This document shows positions 19,330 through 29,814 of a stretch of DNA of 58,534 nucleotides, in pieces. Position numbers and translations under genes: made by a program. The first letter of the stretch is position 1. Each line of letters opens with the position of its first letter. The notes under the pieces are model-generated. The model was not told where the DNA came from, did not search any database, and saw only the letters and a list, made by a program, of their open reading frames with translations. The stretch lies in NCBI GenBank assembly GCA_052386995.1, contig JBQTJP010000213.1, forward strand, positions 1-58,534, in the 5' to 3' direction. This stretch comes from Armatimonadota bacterium (GTDB taxonomy: Bacteria > Sysuimicrobiota > Sysuimicrobiia > Sysuimicrobiales > Humicultoraceae).

Positions 19330-19861
19330 TCCGCCTGCCTCTGGTCTTTCTGACCACCGACCTGGTGGCCCGGGTCGCACGGCGGCTCGCGCTGGGTGTC
19401 AGCAGGACCACGGCGTACGCCGCGATGCCTTCCCCGCGGCCCAGCGCATCGAGCCCTTCATGCGTGGTGGCCTTGATACTGATTCGCCTGGAGTCCGCCC
19501 CGAGGATGCCGCCGATCGTCTCGCGCATCGCGGGCACGTGCGGTGCCAGCTTCGGCGCGGCCGCGACCATCGTGGCATCCAGGTTGCCGAGACGAAAGCC
19601 TCGCCTTCTCATTATCTTCGCCACCGCTTCGAGGAGGCGCGTGCTGGCGATGTTCTCGTAGCGTGGGTCGCTGGTGGGGAAGTGGTGGCCGATATCGCCC
19701 TCGCCCAGCGCTCCCAGCACCGCGTCGGCAATGGCGTGGAGGAGCACGTCCGCGTCGGAATGACCCTCGAGACCGTGTGTGAAGGGAATGTCGACTCCGC
19801 CCAGCACGAGCCGTCTTGCCGCCGTCAGCCTGTGAATGTCAAATCCGATGCCGACCCGCAT
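19322..19861 (-). CDS. ispF: 2-C-methyl-D-erythritol 2,4-cyclodiphosphate synthase
   Basis: GIGFDIH, GHSDADVLLHA, DIGHHFP, KATTHE. Confidence 0.95.
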   Translation of the reverse strand: MRVGIGFDIHRLTAARRLVLGGVDIPFTHGLEGHSDADVLLHAIADAVLGALGEGDIGHHFPTSDPRYENIASTRLLEAVAKIMRRRGFRLGNLDATMVAAAPKLAPHVPAMRETIGGILGADSRRISIKATTHEGLDALGRGEGIAAYAVVLLTPSASRRATRATRSVVRKTRGRRNA

Positions 19862-20549
19862 CGGCGGCCATTCTCCCGGCTAGGATGGCTTCGGCCAGCG
19901 CCAGGTCGCCCGCGGTCGAGATTTTCAGGTTGTCGATCTGGCCTTCCACCGCTCGCACCTGACCGCCGAGCCGCTCGACCAGCATGGCATCATCGGTGCC
20001 GACCACCCCGGCCGCCCTGGCCTGCTCATGCGCGCTGCGGAGGAGCGCGTACCGAAACGCCTGAGGAGTCTGAACCGTCCACAGCGGAGCCCGATCCACC
20101 GTGCGGACGACAACCCCTTCTCGTACGATCTTCACAGTCTCCTGGACCTTGGTCGCCAGCGTGGCCGCTCCGGTATCCCGCGCGGCGGTCACCGCCGCCG
20201 TAATGCTTTCGGGATGCACGAGCGGGCGCACCCCATCGTGGACCACCACGATCTCCACCCCGGCGAGAGTGAGGAGCCCATTGTAGACGGAATCCTGCCG
20301 GACCTCGCCTCCGGGGATGACCGCGGTGACCTTCCTCAACGAGTAGTCGGCGACGAGCCGCGCGACCCTGTCGATCTCCTGCTCGCGCACGACCAGGCAG
20401 ACCTCCTCGATGACCGGGCAGCGCTCGAACGCTCCCAGAGTCCACACGAGGACCGGCTTCCCTGCGATTGGCACGAACTGTTTGGGATGCTGCGTGCCCA
20501 TCCGGGCTCCGAGCCCCGCAGCAGCCACGATCGCACCGACATTAGGCAC
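19839..20549 (-). CDS. ispD: 2-C-methyl-D-erythritol 4-phosphate cytidylyltransferase
   Basis: AAAGLGARM...PKQF, RQDSV, HDGVRP, QTPQAF, TDDA. Confidence 0.95.
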   Translation of the reverse strand: MPNVGAIVAAAGLGARMGTQHPKQFVPIAGKPVLVWTLGAFERCPVIEEVCLVVREQEIDRVARLVADYSLRKVTAVIPGGEVRQDSVYNGLLTLAGVEIVVVHDGVRPLVHPESITAAVTAARDTGAATLATKVQETVKIVREGVVVRTVDRAPLWTVQTPQAFRYALLRSAHEQARAAGVVGTDDAMLVERLGGQVRAVEGQIDNLKISTAGDLALAEAILAGRMAADAGRHRI

Positions 20550-20643
20550 AGTGGATTCTCCTGCGCGTCAACGGCCGTCCGTTGTCATGGTGGATTTCTT
20601 ACCGCGGCGAATTCCGCCACCCGGTGCGCACGTCCGGCATATC

Positions 20644-21660
20644 TTACCGCGCCTGACGCGCGACCTCCTTCTCGGCCTTCTCCATGATCGTGGAGGAATG
20701 ACCGGGGAAGACCGACGCCTCGGGGTTGATGTACCGCGCCGCATTGTTGACGGCCGTGGCGGCTTCGCCGAAGCCGGTCGCAATGAGCTTGAGCTTGCCG
20801 GGGAAGGTGACGATATCGCCGGCCGCATACACGCCGGGCAGATTCGTCTCCATGCGCGTATTGACGACGATGGAATCCTCTTCGAGGACGAGCCCCCAGG
20901 TCGAGATCGGTCCCAGATTGCTCACGAGGCCCAGGAACGCGAGGACCGCGTCGACCTTCAAAACTTCCTCCTGGCCGGTCTTGTTCTGAAAGACGACCGC
21001 CTCGGTGATGTCGGGGTCGCCGCGCAGCACACGGAGCTCGTAGAACACTTTGACCGTGATCGGCGAGTCCAGCAGCTTCTTGACGCTGTCCGCGTGCGCG
21101 CGGAACCCATCGCGCCGGTGGACCAGCGTGATATGGCGCGCGTAGGGCAGCAGGTTGAGCGCCCAGTCGAGCGCGCTGTCCCCACCGCCGACGACGAGGA
21201 CGTCCTTCCCGCGGAAGTCCTCTTTACGCTGTACCGCGTAGTGAAGTCCGTGCCCGATGTAGCGATCGAATTCGGGCCGCTTGTACGTCTTGGGGGTGAA
21301 GGCGCCGATCCCACCGGTGATCAGGACGACCCGGGTCAGATGTTCGCCCTCGTTGCCGCCCAACGTAATGCGGTGGTCTTGCCCATGCTCCAGCGTGCGG
21401 ATGGCTTCGTTGAGATGGATGGCGGGTTTGTACTGCATGGTCTGCTCGACGAGGTTGGTGACCAGGTCCTTGCCGAGGATCTTGGGGAATCCGGCCACGT
21501 CGTAGATGAACTTGTCCGGATAGAGTGCGGTCACCTGTCCGCCCAGGTCGGGCTGGCTGTCGACGATTTTCGTGCGCAGGCCTCGGAAGCCGGCATAATA
21601 CGCGCCAAACAGACCCGCGGGTCCGGCGCCGATGATCGTGATGTCGTAGAGATCGTCCAC
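20644..21660 (-). CDS. Ferredoxin-NADP+ reductase (TrxB-like, YumC type)
   Basis: GAGPAGLF, LYPDKFIYDVAGF, GGGDSALD, HRR..FRAH, KLIATGFGE, C-terminal PGHSS; no CxxC; GTG start after GGGAGG. Confidence 0.85.
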   Translation of the reverse strand: MDDLYDITIIGAGPAGLFGAYYAGFRGLRTKIVDSQPDLGGQVTALYPDKFIYDVAGFPKILGKDLVTNLVEQTMQYKPAIHLNEAIRTLEHGQDHRITLGGNEGEHLTRVVLITGGIGAFTPKTYKRPEFDRYIGHGLHYAVQRKEDFRGKDVLVVGGGDSALDWALNLLPYARHITLVHRRDGFRAHADSVKKLLDSPITVKVFYELRVLRGDPDITEAVVFQNKTGQEEVLKVDAVLAFLGLVSNLGPISTWGLVLEEDSIVVNTRMETNLPGVYAAGDIVTFPGKLKLIATGFGEAATAVNNAARYINPEASVFPGHSSTIMEKAEKEVARQAR

Positions 21661-21706
21661 CCGTCCTCCCGGGAGCCGCACCGCTTCCAAGCCGCACGGC
21701 GCAGCC

Positions 21707-21715
21707 ATTGTAGCA
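21707..21715 (-). promoter_or_regulatory. Putative extended -10 promoter (TGCTACAAT) for the FNR-ispD-ispF-dxr operon
   Basis: Reverse complement of attgtagca, about 45 nt upstream of the GTG. Confidence 0.45.
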
Positions 21716-21832
21716 TGTACCCATTTCTTGACACTACTACCGGTCCCGTGTCACAGTGTGAAGAATACGATTGTCACGATTGTCAGGAATAGGATTTTGA
21801 CGCGGACCGTCTATGAAGACAGGGGGAGAGGC

Positions 21833-23017
<1,185 letters not shown>

Positions 23018-23018
23018 C

Positions 23019-23037
23019 CGCGGGGCGAAGCCCCGCG
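23019..23037 (+). terminator. GC-rich hairpin after moeB (no U-tract)
   Basis: cgcggggc-gaa-gccccgcg directly after the stop codon. Confidence 0.4.
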
Positions 23038-23055
23038 CGATAATCTCACCCCGCG

Positions 23056-24090
23056 ATGCGTCAGGCAATCCTGCGGGCTCCGCGCACCCTCGACCTGGTC
23101 GATCTCCCTACGCCCGAGCCCCGAGCCGGAGAGGTCGTCGTCCGAATTCTCGCCGCCCTGACCTGCGGCACGGATCTGAAAACGTACAGAAGGGGCCACG
23201 CACGCCTGCGCTTCGGACCGTTCGGGCACGAGGCGGCGGGCGAGATTGCGGCCCTGGGAGACGGCGTCGGCGGGTTCGCCGCGGGGCAGCCGGTCGTCTT
23301 CACGCCGACCGCCGCCTGCGGGGAGTGCGGGCCGTGCCGCCGGGGCAAAGACAATCTCTGCACCACGCTGTTCGACGAGATGGCCATCGGCGCGTACGGC
23401 GACATGATGCGCGTGCCGGCCCGGATTGTGCGCCGGCACCTGTTCCCCAAGCCGCCGGGCCTGTCGTACGTCGAAGCGGCGTTCCTCGAACCCCTCGCCT
23501 GCGTCGTCCACGCGTGGCGGCGGTTGGGCGGGGTCAACGGCGATCGCGTGGCGGTGATCGGGGTCGGCGCGATTGGGCTGCTGCACGTGCAGGAGGCGAC
23601 CCGGCGCGGTCTCGAGGTCATCGCGGTGGGCCGCCGCCCGGACGGTCTGGGACTCGCCGCGCGCCTCGGCGCCCGTCACGTCGTCAACATTCGTGAGACC
23701 GAGCCGGGAGAGGCGCTGCGGGCCCTCACCGGGGAGGGACCCGAGATCGTCGTCGAGTGTACGGGCTCGGAAGACGTCTGGCAGGCCGCGCCGGCGTGGG
23801 CGGCTCCCGGCGGCAGCGTGTTGCTCTTCGGCGGCCTGGCGGCCGGCAGCCAGCCACAGTTCGATGCCACCCGACTGCACTATGCAGAGGTGGATCTCGT
23901 GAGCGCCTTTCACTATCGTACCGCCGACGTCCGCGATGCGTTGACGCTGCTGGCTTCGGGCGCGATTCGGCCCGCCGCGCTGATCACCGGCCTGCGGCCG
24001 CTAGACGACATCAAAGCAGTGTTCGACGAGCTCGACCGGGGCGCCGGCATCAAGTACGCTATCCTCCCGGATGGTGGCACATGGCGGTAG
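23056..24090 (+). CDS. Zn-dependent MDR polyol dehydrogenase, predicted NADP(H)-type
   Basis: CGTD, GHE, CxxCxxCx7C, EPLAC, GVGAIG; GRR at the end of beta-B with no Asp. Confidence 0.85.
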   Translation: MRQAILRAPRTLDLVDLPTPEPRAGEVVVRILAALTCGTDLKTYRRGHARLRFGPFGHEAAGEIAALGDGVGGFAAGQPVVFTPTAACGECGPCRRGKDNLCTTLFDEMAIGAYGDMMRVPARIVRRHLFPKPPGLSYVEAAFLEPLACVVHAWRRLGGVNGDRVAVIGVGAIGLLHVQEATRRGLEVIAVGRRPDGLGLAARLGARHVVNIRETEPGEALRALTGEGPEIVVECTGSEDVWQAAPAWAAPGGSVLLFGGLAAGSQPQFDATRLHYAEVDLVSAFHYRTADVRDALTLLASGAIRPAALITGLRPLDDIKAVFDELDRGAGIKYAILPDGGTWR

Positions 24091-25133
24091 CGCGGCCCGC
24101 GACGACGCGCGCCGTGGTCTTTCGCGCGCCCGACGATCTTCGGCTGGAAGAGCTCCCGCTGCCGCCGCTGCGGGACGGCGAGATGCTCCTGCGCATCACC
24201 GCCTGCGGCCTGTGTCCCGGAGAGGTCATGGACTGGTATATGGCGCGAAAGGCGCCCGTGCCGCTGGGGCACGAGCCCGTGGGCGAAGTTGTCGAGGTTG
24301 GCCCCGGAGCCCCATACCGCACCGGCGAGCGCGTGTTCGTGCACCATCACGCCCCGTGTCTGGCCTGCCGGGCGTGCGCGAGGGGCGACTACGTGCACTG
24401 TGTGACGTGGGGGCCGCGGCGCCTGATTCCCGGGGGTCTCGCAACCTATGCCGTGGCCGCCGGACCGGCTCCCGCGACCGATACCCTGCGCCTGCCGCCG
24501 GGCCTTTCAGATGAGGTCGCCACGTTCATCGAGCCGGTGGCGTGTGTGATCAAGTCGGTGCGGCGGGCGCGCATCCGGCCGGGTGATCGTGTCTTGGTCA
24601 TAGGACTGGGAGTCATGGGGCTGCTGCATCTGCTCGTGCTCCGGCGTGTGGCAGCGTCCCTGCAGTTGATTGCGGCCGACCGGGTGGCCGAGCGCGTGAC
24701 GTTTGCGCAGACCGCCGCTGGCGGGTTCGCCGATACCGTCATCGATACTACAAAGACGCCGCTGGTCGAGGCGGTAGCTCAGGCCACCGGCGGCGAAGGC
24801 GCAGATGTCGTTGTGGTCGGTCCGGGAACCGTCGACGCCCTGGAGGCGGGACGCCTCGCCGTGGCGCCGGGCGGCACGCTCGTGGTGTTCACGCCGACGC
24901 CACCGGACGCGATCTGGCCGCTACCAGCGCACGACCTGTTCTTCAGGGAAACGACGATCGTCCCGAGTTACTCATCCGGCCCCGACGATACACGGGAGGC
25001 CTTGAGGCTTCTCGTGGAAGGATTGCCGGTGGGGACGCTCATCACACACCGGCTGTCCCTCGAGGACGCTGCGTCCGGTTACGCGCTCGTGCGCGCGGCC
25101 GGCCCGGCCCTCAAGGTCGTGGTGCGTCCGTAA
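24081..25133 (+). CDS. Zn-dependent MDR polyol dehydrogenase, predicted NAD(H)-type
   Basis: CPGEVMDWY, GHE, HHHAPCLACRAC...C, EPVAC, GLGVMG; AADR with Asp. Confidence 0.85.
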   Translation: MAVARPATTRAVVFRAPDDLRLEELPLPPLRDGEMLLRITACGLCPGEVMDWYMARKAPVPLGHEPVGEVVEVGPGAPYRTGERVFVHHHAPCLACRACARGDYVHCVTWGPRRLIPGGLATYAVAAGPAPATDTLRLPPGLSDEVATFIEPVACVIKSVRRARIRPGDRVLVIGLGVMGLLHLLVLRRVAASLQLIAADRVAERVTFAQTAAGGFADTVIDTTKTPLVEAVAQATGGEGADVVVVGPGTVDALEAGRLAVAPGGTLVVFTPTPPDAIWPLPAHDLFFRETTIVPSYSSGPDDTREALRLLVEGLPVGTLITHRLSLEDAASGYALVRAAGPALKVVVRP

Positions 25134-25527
25134 GCGCCTGCAGTTTCGCCAGCCACTCCTTCGACGGGATTACGCAGAGAAACCCGAAGGGCTCGTCACT
25201 CACACTTTCAAACTGATGCTGTTCGTTCTGGGGGATATAGATGGCGTCTCCCGGTCCGACCTCGTGCATCTCCCATCCGAGGAGAACCCTGGCCCGGCCT
25301 TTGAGGATCACCACGCCCTGGTCGTGGAGGTGGTCTTCAAATGACGATTGACCTCGCGGAGGAATCTCGAAGTAGCGGATGGCGAAGTGCTGTGCCCCCT
25401 CCTGCGGACCGATCAGCACCGCCCGGCAACTGCCTTCGCTCACGCCGCCTCCGCGATAGGGCTCGACCGGGATGCCTTCCCAGAGGAGGTTCCCGTCCTT
25501 GCCGATCTGTTTGTGAACGACGCCCAT
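25111..25527 (-). CDS. Cupin (TM1459 / R. rubrum methylsulfurylase-like family)
   Basis: WEG..V..Y, R.VLIG, RYFEIPP.G.S..EDHLH, PGD.IYIP...HQF, EPFGFLC. Confidence 0.8.
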   Translation of the reverse strand: MGVVHKQIGKDGNLLWEGIPVEPYRGGGVSEGSCRAVLIGPQEGAQHFAIRYFEIPPRGQSSFEDHLHDQGVVILKGRARVLLGWEMHEVGPGDAIYIPQNEQHQFESVSDEPFGFLCVIPSKEWLAKLQALTDAPRP

Positions 25528-25540
25528 GCCCTCGTGATCC

Positions 25541-26584
25541 TCACATGAAGTTGGGAACGGCCCCGCCATGCAGGTTGGAGATGCGCTCGGCGCCCTCCCG
25601 ATCGAACCCCACCTGAAGCAGACGCCTGACCCGGGTCGCGTGCATCTCACGATAGAGATCTTTGATACGTTCGCGGCCGTGCGCAAGTTGCTCTGGTGAC
25701 GAGCCGCCGCCGGCGAGCACGGCGAGCGCCTGTTGTACGAAGGGGCTCGCCCCCGCCGCCTGGCGAAGGAATGCAGCCCTGGCCTCGGCCGCCTGATGCA
25801 GTTTCGTCAGCAGATCGGGGTCGTGCTTCAAATGGTAGGCGATGTGCGAGACTCCATAGCCGACGTGCCGCCCTTCATCCTGCCGGGCCATCCTGAAGAT
25901 TGTGGCGGTGACGGGATCCGGTGAGACATCCTCGAGGAACTTGAGGAGCTCCATGAACGTGCCTTCCCCCAGGATGTGGAGCAGGAACGAGGCGCCCGTG
26001 AAATCCTCCTGCTCAAGCAGGCTCTTGAGGGACCACTCCGTGGCGGCCGACACATACTGGAGCCCGCCGCCGTTGGCCAGCGCCCGCTTCGTGAAGACCT
26101 CCACGTGGCGGGCTTCATCCTCCACCTGGCTGGCCAGAAAGAGCACCACCTCGGTGAAGCGGGGGTCGACCCGGCCCAGGAGTTTGGCCGGAAGGTAGAG
26201 GGCCAGATACTCGTTCTGAATCATGAACGTGCAAATCTGGCAGACGGCCTGCTCCAGGTCGCCGGGCAGCGGTTTCAGGTCCCGCCAGGGGATGTCGGTC
26301 GACGCGTTCCACTGTCCAAGCTTGGCCTGTTCGACCAGGTCGGCGATGTTGTCGGCCCAGACTTCGACCTTCTTGTTGACGGGAAAGTCAAATGGCGGAG
26401 TAGCGGGGTCGATGACCGACCCCCGCTGCGCCAGACCCCAGCGGGCCGGTACCTCCTCAGGGATCAATCCGGCCTGACCGATGAAGCAGTCTCTGAGGTC
26501 AACGCCGGAACCATCGCGCGGCGGAACCCGGATACCCCAGTCGGGCTTCCCCCAGGCCGAAGTATCCGGCAGTTTGATCTCCAT
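25541..26584 (-). CDS. Ferritin-like diiron-carboxylate protein of unknown function
   Basis: QNE, DEARH, GEGTF, DEGRH diiron ligand pattern; C-terminal NFM; RBS GGGAGG. Confidence 0.75.
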   Translation of the reverse strand: MEIKLPDTSAWGKPDWGIRVPPRDGSGVDLRDCFIGQAGLIPEEVPARWGLAQRGSVIDPATPPFDFPVNKKVEVWADNIADLVEQAKLGQWNASTDIPWRDLKPLPGDLEQAVCQICTFMIQNEYLALYLPAKLLGRVDPRFTEVVLFLASQVEDEARHVEVFTKRALANGGGLQYVSAATEWSLKSLLEQEDFTGASFLLHILGEGTFMELLKFLEDVSPDPVTATIFRMARQDEGRHVGYGVSHIAYHLKHDPDLLTKLHQAAEARAAFLRQAAGASPFVQQALAVLAGGGSSPEQLAHGRERIKDLYREMHATRVRRLLQVGFDREGAERISNLHGGAVPNFM

Positions 26585-26758
26585 CCTTCGCCAAACCTCC
26601 CGCTTGGGTATAAGTCAGTTGAGTAGGTAGTTGACCACGGTACGAGGCTTTACCTCTGCCATGCCGAGGTGGTCTTGTTCGGACCACACGCGCAGGATGT
26701 GTCAGCGGCCCGTGGAATCGTCTGAGAAATTGCGGAGTATCACTGGAGGGACTCAACC

Positions 26759-27763
26759 GTGAGGCTTGCGACGAGGATACTGCGGCTCTGCTTGGTGGGG
26801 TTCCTGGCGGCGCTCTTCGCGCTGCCGGGCTCCAGCGTTGCCCAGACCCGCGCCGGATGGCCGCGATCGGTCACCATCGGGTCGGCGTCGATCGGCGGTG
26901 TGTACTTCGTCGTCGCCGGTGGCTGGGCGAGGGTGATCGGAGAGAAGATGAGCCTGTCGGCCACGAACCGGGTCACGGGCGGCCCCGTTCAGAACGTCCA
27001 GTTGGTCCAGACCAAGGAGATCGAGCTCGGCATGACGACCACCGGTCCACTCCACGAGGGCCTGCTTGGCATCGGCGACTTCAAGGGCAAGAAGATGGAC
27101 GCCGTCCGCGTGGCGTTCCCGATGTACACGTCTTTCGGCCACTGGATGGTCAGCGCGGACTCACCCATTCGCTCGGTGGCCGATCTTGGGGGCCGGGTCG
27201 TCAGCCTTGGCCCGCGGGGCAGCTCCGGCGAGTTCGTCGGCGAGCGCGTCTTCGAGATCTTCAACGTCAAGCCACGTCGCGTTGTCTTTCTGGGCTTTGC
27301 CGATGGCGCATCCGCCATTCGCGACGGCGCCGTGGACGCGAACTTCGGCGTCATCGGCCTCCCGGTCCCCGCATGGGTGGAAGCTTCGGTCACCAGGCCC
27401 GCCCGGTTCTTCGGGTTCACGCGCGACCAGATCGAGACGCTGGCCGAGCGGTTCCCCTACCTGGCGCGCGCCGCCATCCGATCCGGGGTCTACCGAGGCC
27501 AGGACGCGGTGATTCCGACTATCCAGATGTGGAACACCGCGATCGTTCACAAAGACATGCCGGAAGACTTCGTCTACCAGCTCGTGAAGACGATGATGGA
27601 CAACCGCGACTTTCTGGCGACGGTGCACCCCACGGCGAACGAGCAGTTGCCGGTCAACACCTTCTACATCAAGATGCCAATGCATCCGGGGGCCGTGCGC
27701 TACTTCCGCGAGCAGGGGGTCAAGCTGGCCGACGAGCACATCCCGCCAGAAATGAAGCGGTAG
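26759..27763 (+). CDS. TAXI family TRAP transporter solute-binding protein
   Basis: Signal peptide, IGSASIGGVY, TGGPVQN, GPRGS, MHPGAVRYF. Confidence 0.9.
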   Translation: MRLATRILRLCLVGFLAALFALPGSSVAQTRAGWPRSVTIGSASIGGVYFVVAGGWARVIGEKMSLSATNRVTGGPVQNVQLVQTKEIELGMTTTGPLHEGLLGIGDFKGKKMDAVRVAFPMYTSFGHWMVSADSPIRSVADLGGRVVSLGPRGSSGEFVGERVFEIFNVKPRRVVFLGFADGASAIRDGAVDANFGVIGLPVPAWVEASVTRPARFFGFTRDQIETLAERFPYLARAAIRSGVYRGQDAVIPTIQMWNTAIVHKDMPEDFVYQLVKTMMDNRDFLATVHPTANEQLPVNTFYIKMPMHPGAVRYFREQGVKLADEHIPPEMKR

Positions 27764-27788
27764 TGCAGCGCAGGCACTTCGCGGTCCC

Positions 27789-29726
27789 GTGAGCGGCGAG
27801 ACGACCGGCCTCCCGGTCGACACCTCGCAGCTCGGCGACGCCTCTGAGATCAGCACACGAACACTATATGGCTCGCTGCGGGCGCTGGTGCAGGCCGTTG
27901 CGGCTGCAATGGCCATCTACCATATCCTGCAGCTGGGGCGATTCTTCGGCGTCGTCACCGATCCGCAAAAGGTCTACGCGATGCACGTCATGTTCGTGAC
28001 CGTGCTGGCCTTCTTGCTCATCCCCGGCCGCCGGGGCGAAGCGCGCCCGACACTTCTGGACTGGCTGCTGGTGCTCGCGTCGATCGTTGTCGTCGCCTAT
28101 GTCTTCATCACGTTCGAGGAATTGACCGGGCGAGCGGGGGTCTTCCCAACTCGCGAAGACGTCATCTTCGGCATCCTGCTCGTAATCGTGACGATCGAGT
28201 CGTCACGCCGGGCGACGGGTCTCTCACTACCGATCCTGTGCGCGCTCTTTGCGATCTATCCGTTTATCGGCCCGTACCTGCCCGGCCTGCTATCCCACAA
28301 GGGGTTTTCGTTTGGCACGGTCATCTCGTTTCTGTTCAGCGATAATGCGATCTATGGTGTGCCGATCCAGGTCTCGGCGCGCGACGTCTACCTGTTTATC
28401 CTGTTCGGCGCGTTCCTCGAAGCCTCCAATATCGGAAAGTTCATTGTCGACGCCGCGCTCGGCGTAGCGGGGACCCTGCGCGGCGGCCCGGCCAAGGTGT
28501 CAATCCTGACCAGCGCGCTGTTCGGCACGGTGAGCGGGTCCTCGGCGGCCAATGTCATGGTGGACGGGGTCATCAACATCCCCTTGATGAAGGCCACCGG
28601 TTTCCGTGCGACCGTTGCCGGTGGCATTGAGGCCATGAACAGCACTGGGGGACAGATCGTGCCGCCGGTCATGGGCGCGGCCGCGTTCCTGATGGCCGAC
28701 ATCCTCGGCGTGCCGTACTCCAAGATCGCGGTGGCCGCAATCGGACCCGCGCTGTTGTACTACGTCGCTGCGTACTGGATGATCGACCTGTATTCGGCCT
28801 CGAAGGGCCTGCACGGGCTGCCGCGCAAGGACCTGCCGCGTTTCGACGAGGTGATGCGGCAGCACGGCTACATGTTTCTCCCCCTCGTTGTCCTCCTGTA
28901 CATGGTCATGGCGCTGGGCGCTTCGCCGTTCCGGGCCGCCCTGTACGCGCTGGCCACCACCATCATCGTTTCGCTGTTCCGGGCCGATACCCGCCTCACA
29001 CTCCGTAAAATCGTCGGCGCGATGGAGGAAGGGGCAAAGCGCACGATCGAGATCGGCGTCTCCTGTGCGGCCGCCGGCATCATCGTCGGCATCCTGTCGC
29101 TGACGGGCCTGGGCGGGAAGTTCTCCGAGGTGCTGATCGATCTGGCGGGCGGGAGTCTGATCCTGGCACTGATCGGTACGATGATCGCCGCCATCGTCTT
29201 GGGCACCGGGCTCCCGACGACCGCCGCCTACGCCATCGGCGCCAGCGTGCTGGCCCCGGCGCTCATCAAGCTCGGCACCCCGCCGCTGGCCGCGCACATG
29301 TTCCTGTTCTACTTCTCGGTGATCTCTGCGGTGACGCCGCCGGTGGCTTTTGCCTCGTTCGCGGCGGCCAGTATCGCCAGGGCCCCGATGTGGGAGACCT
29401 CCATCGAGTCGATGCGCTTTGGCATCGCCGGCTATGTGGTGCCGTTCATGTTCGCGTACGGATCGGCCCTGCTGGTGGGCCAAAGCCCATGGCCGGAAAC
29501 CGCGCTCGCGCTGGCGACAGGGACGGTCGGCACGCTGTGCCTGGCCGCTGCGGTCGTCGGGTACCTGGCCCGGCCGGCGACGTTGGCGGAGCGGGTCTTG
29601 CTGGCGGCGGCATCGATCCTGCTCATCACGCCGGGACTCCTCACGGATCTGATCGGCCTCGCGCTGCTGGCGCTTGTATTCGGCCTTCAGCGTCTGTGGC
29701 GTCCGGCGGCGCCCGCGCCCGCGTAA
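27789..29726 (+). CDS. TRAP transporter fused 4TM/12TM permease
   Basis: GGPAK, GTVSGSSAANV, STGGQIVPPVMGAAAF, GLPTTAAY, VTPPVA. Confidence 0.92.
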   Translation: MSGETTGLPVDTSQLGDASEISTRTLYGSLRALVQAVAAAMAIYHILQLGRFFGVVTDPQKVYAMHVMFVTVLAFLLIPGRRGEARPTLLDWLLVLASIVVVAYVFITFEELTGRAGVFPTREDVIFGILLVIVTIESSRRATGLSLPILCALFAIYPFIGPYLPGLLSHKGFSFGTVISFLFSDNAIYGVPIQVSARDVYLFILFGAFLEASNIGKFIVDAALGVAGTLRGGPAKVSILTSALFGTVSGSSAANVMVDGVINIPLMKATGFRATVAGGIEAMNSTGGQIVPPVMGAAAFLMADILGVPYSKIAVAAIGPALLYYVAAYWMIDLYSASKGLHGLPRKDLPRFDEVMRQHGYMFLPLVVLLYMVMALGASPFRAALYALATTIIVSLFRADTRLTLRKIVGAMEEGAKRTIEIGVSCAAAGIIVGILSLTGLGGKFSEVLIDLAGGSLILALIGTMIAAIVLGTGLPTTAAYAIGASVLAPALIKLGTPPLAAHMFLFYFSVISAVTPPVAFASFAAASIARAPMWETSIESMRFGIAGYVVPFMFAYGSALLVGQSPWPETALALATGTVGTLCLAAAVVGYLARPATLAERVLLAAASILLITPGLLTDLIGLALLALVFGLQRLWRPAAPAPA

Positions 29727-29772
29727 AGGCACGCCGTCCCGGTCTGACGACGGCGTCGACGCGCCGCGATTG

Positions 29773-29781
29773 TGGTACAAT
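29773..29781 (+). promoter_or_regulatory. Putative extended -10 promoter (TGGTACAAT)
   Basis: About 34 nt upstream of the iscA ATG, which has RBS GGAGG. Confidence 0.5.
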
Positions 29782-29814
29782 GATCCCCGGACATCATCGA
29801 TCACGGAGGACAGG

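Noticed and set aside
20644-21660. Thioredoxin reductase trxB
   Set aside because: No CxxC active site; motifs match the YumC-type ferredoxin-NADP+ reductase
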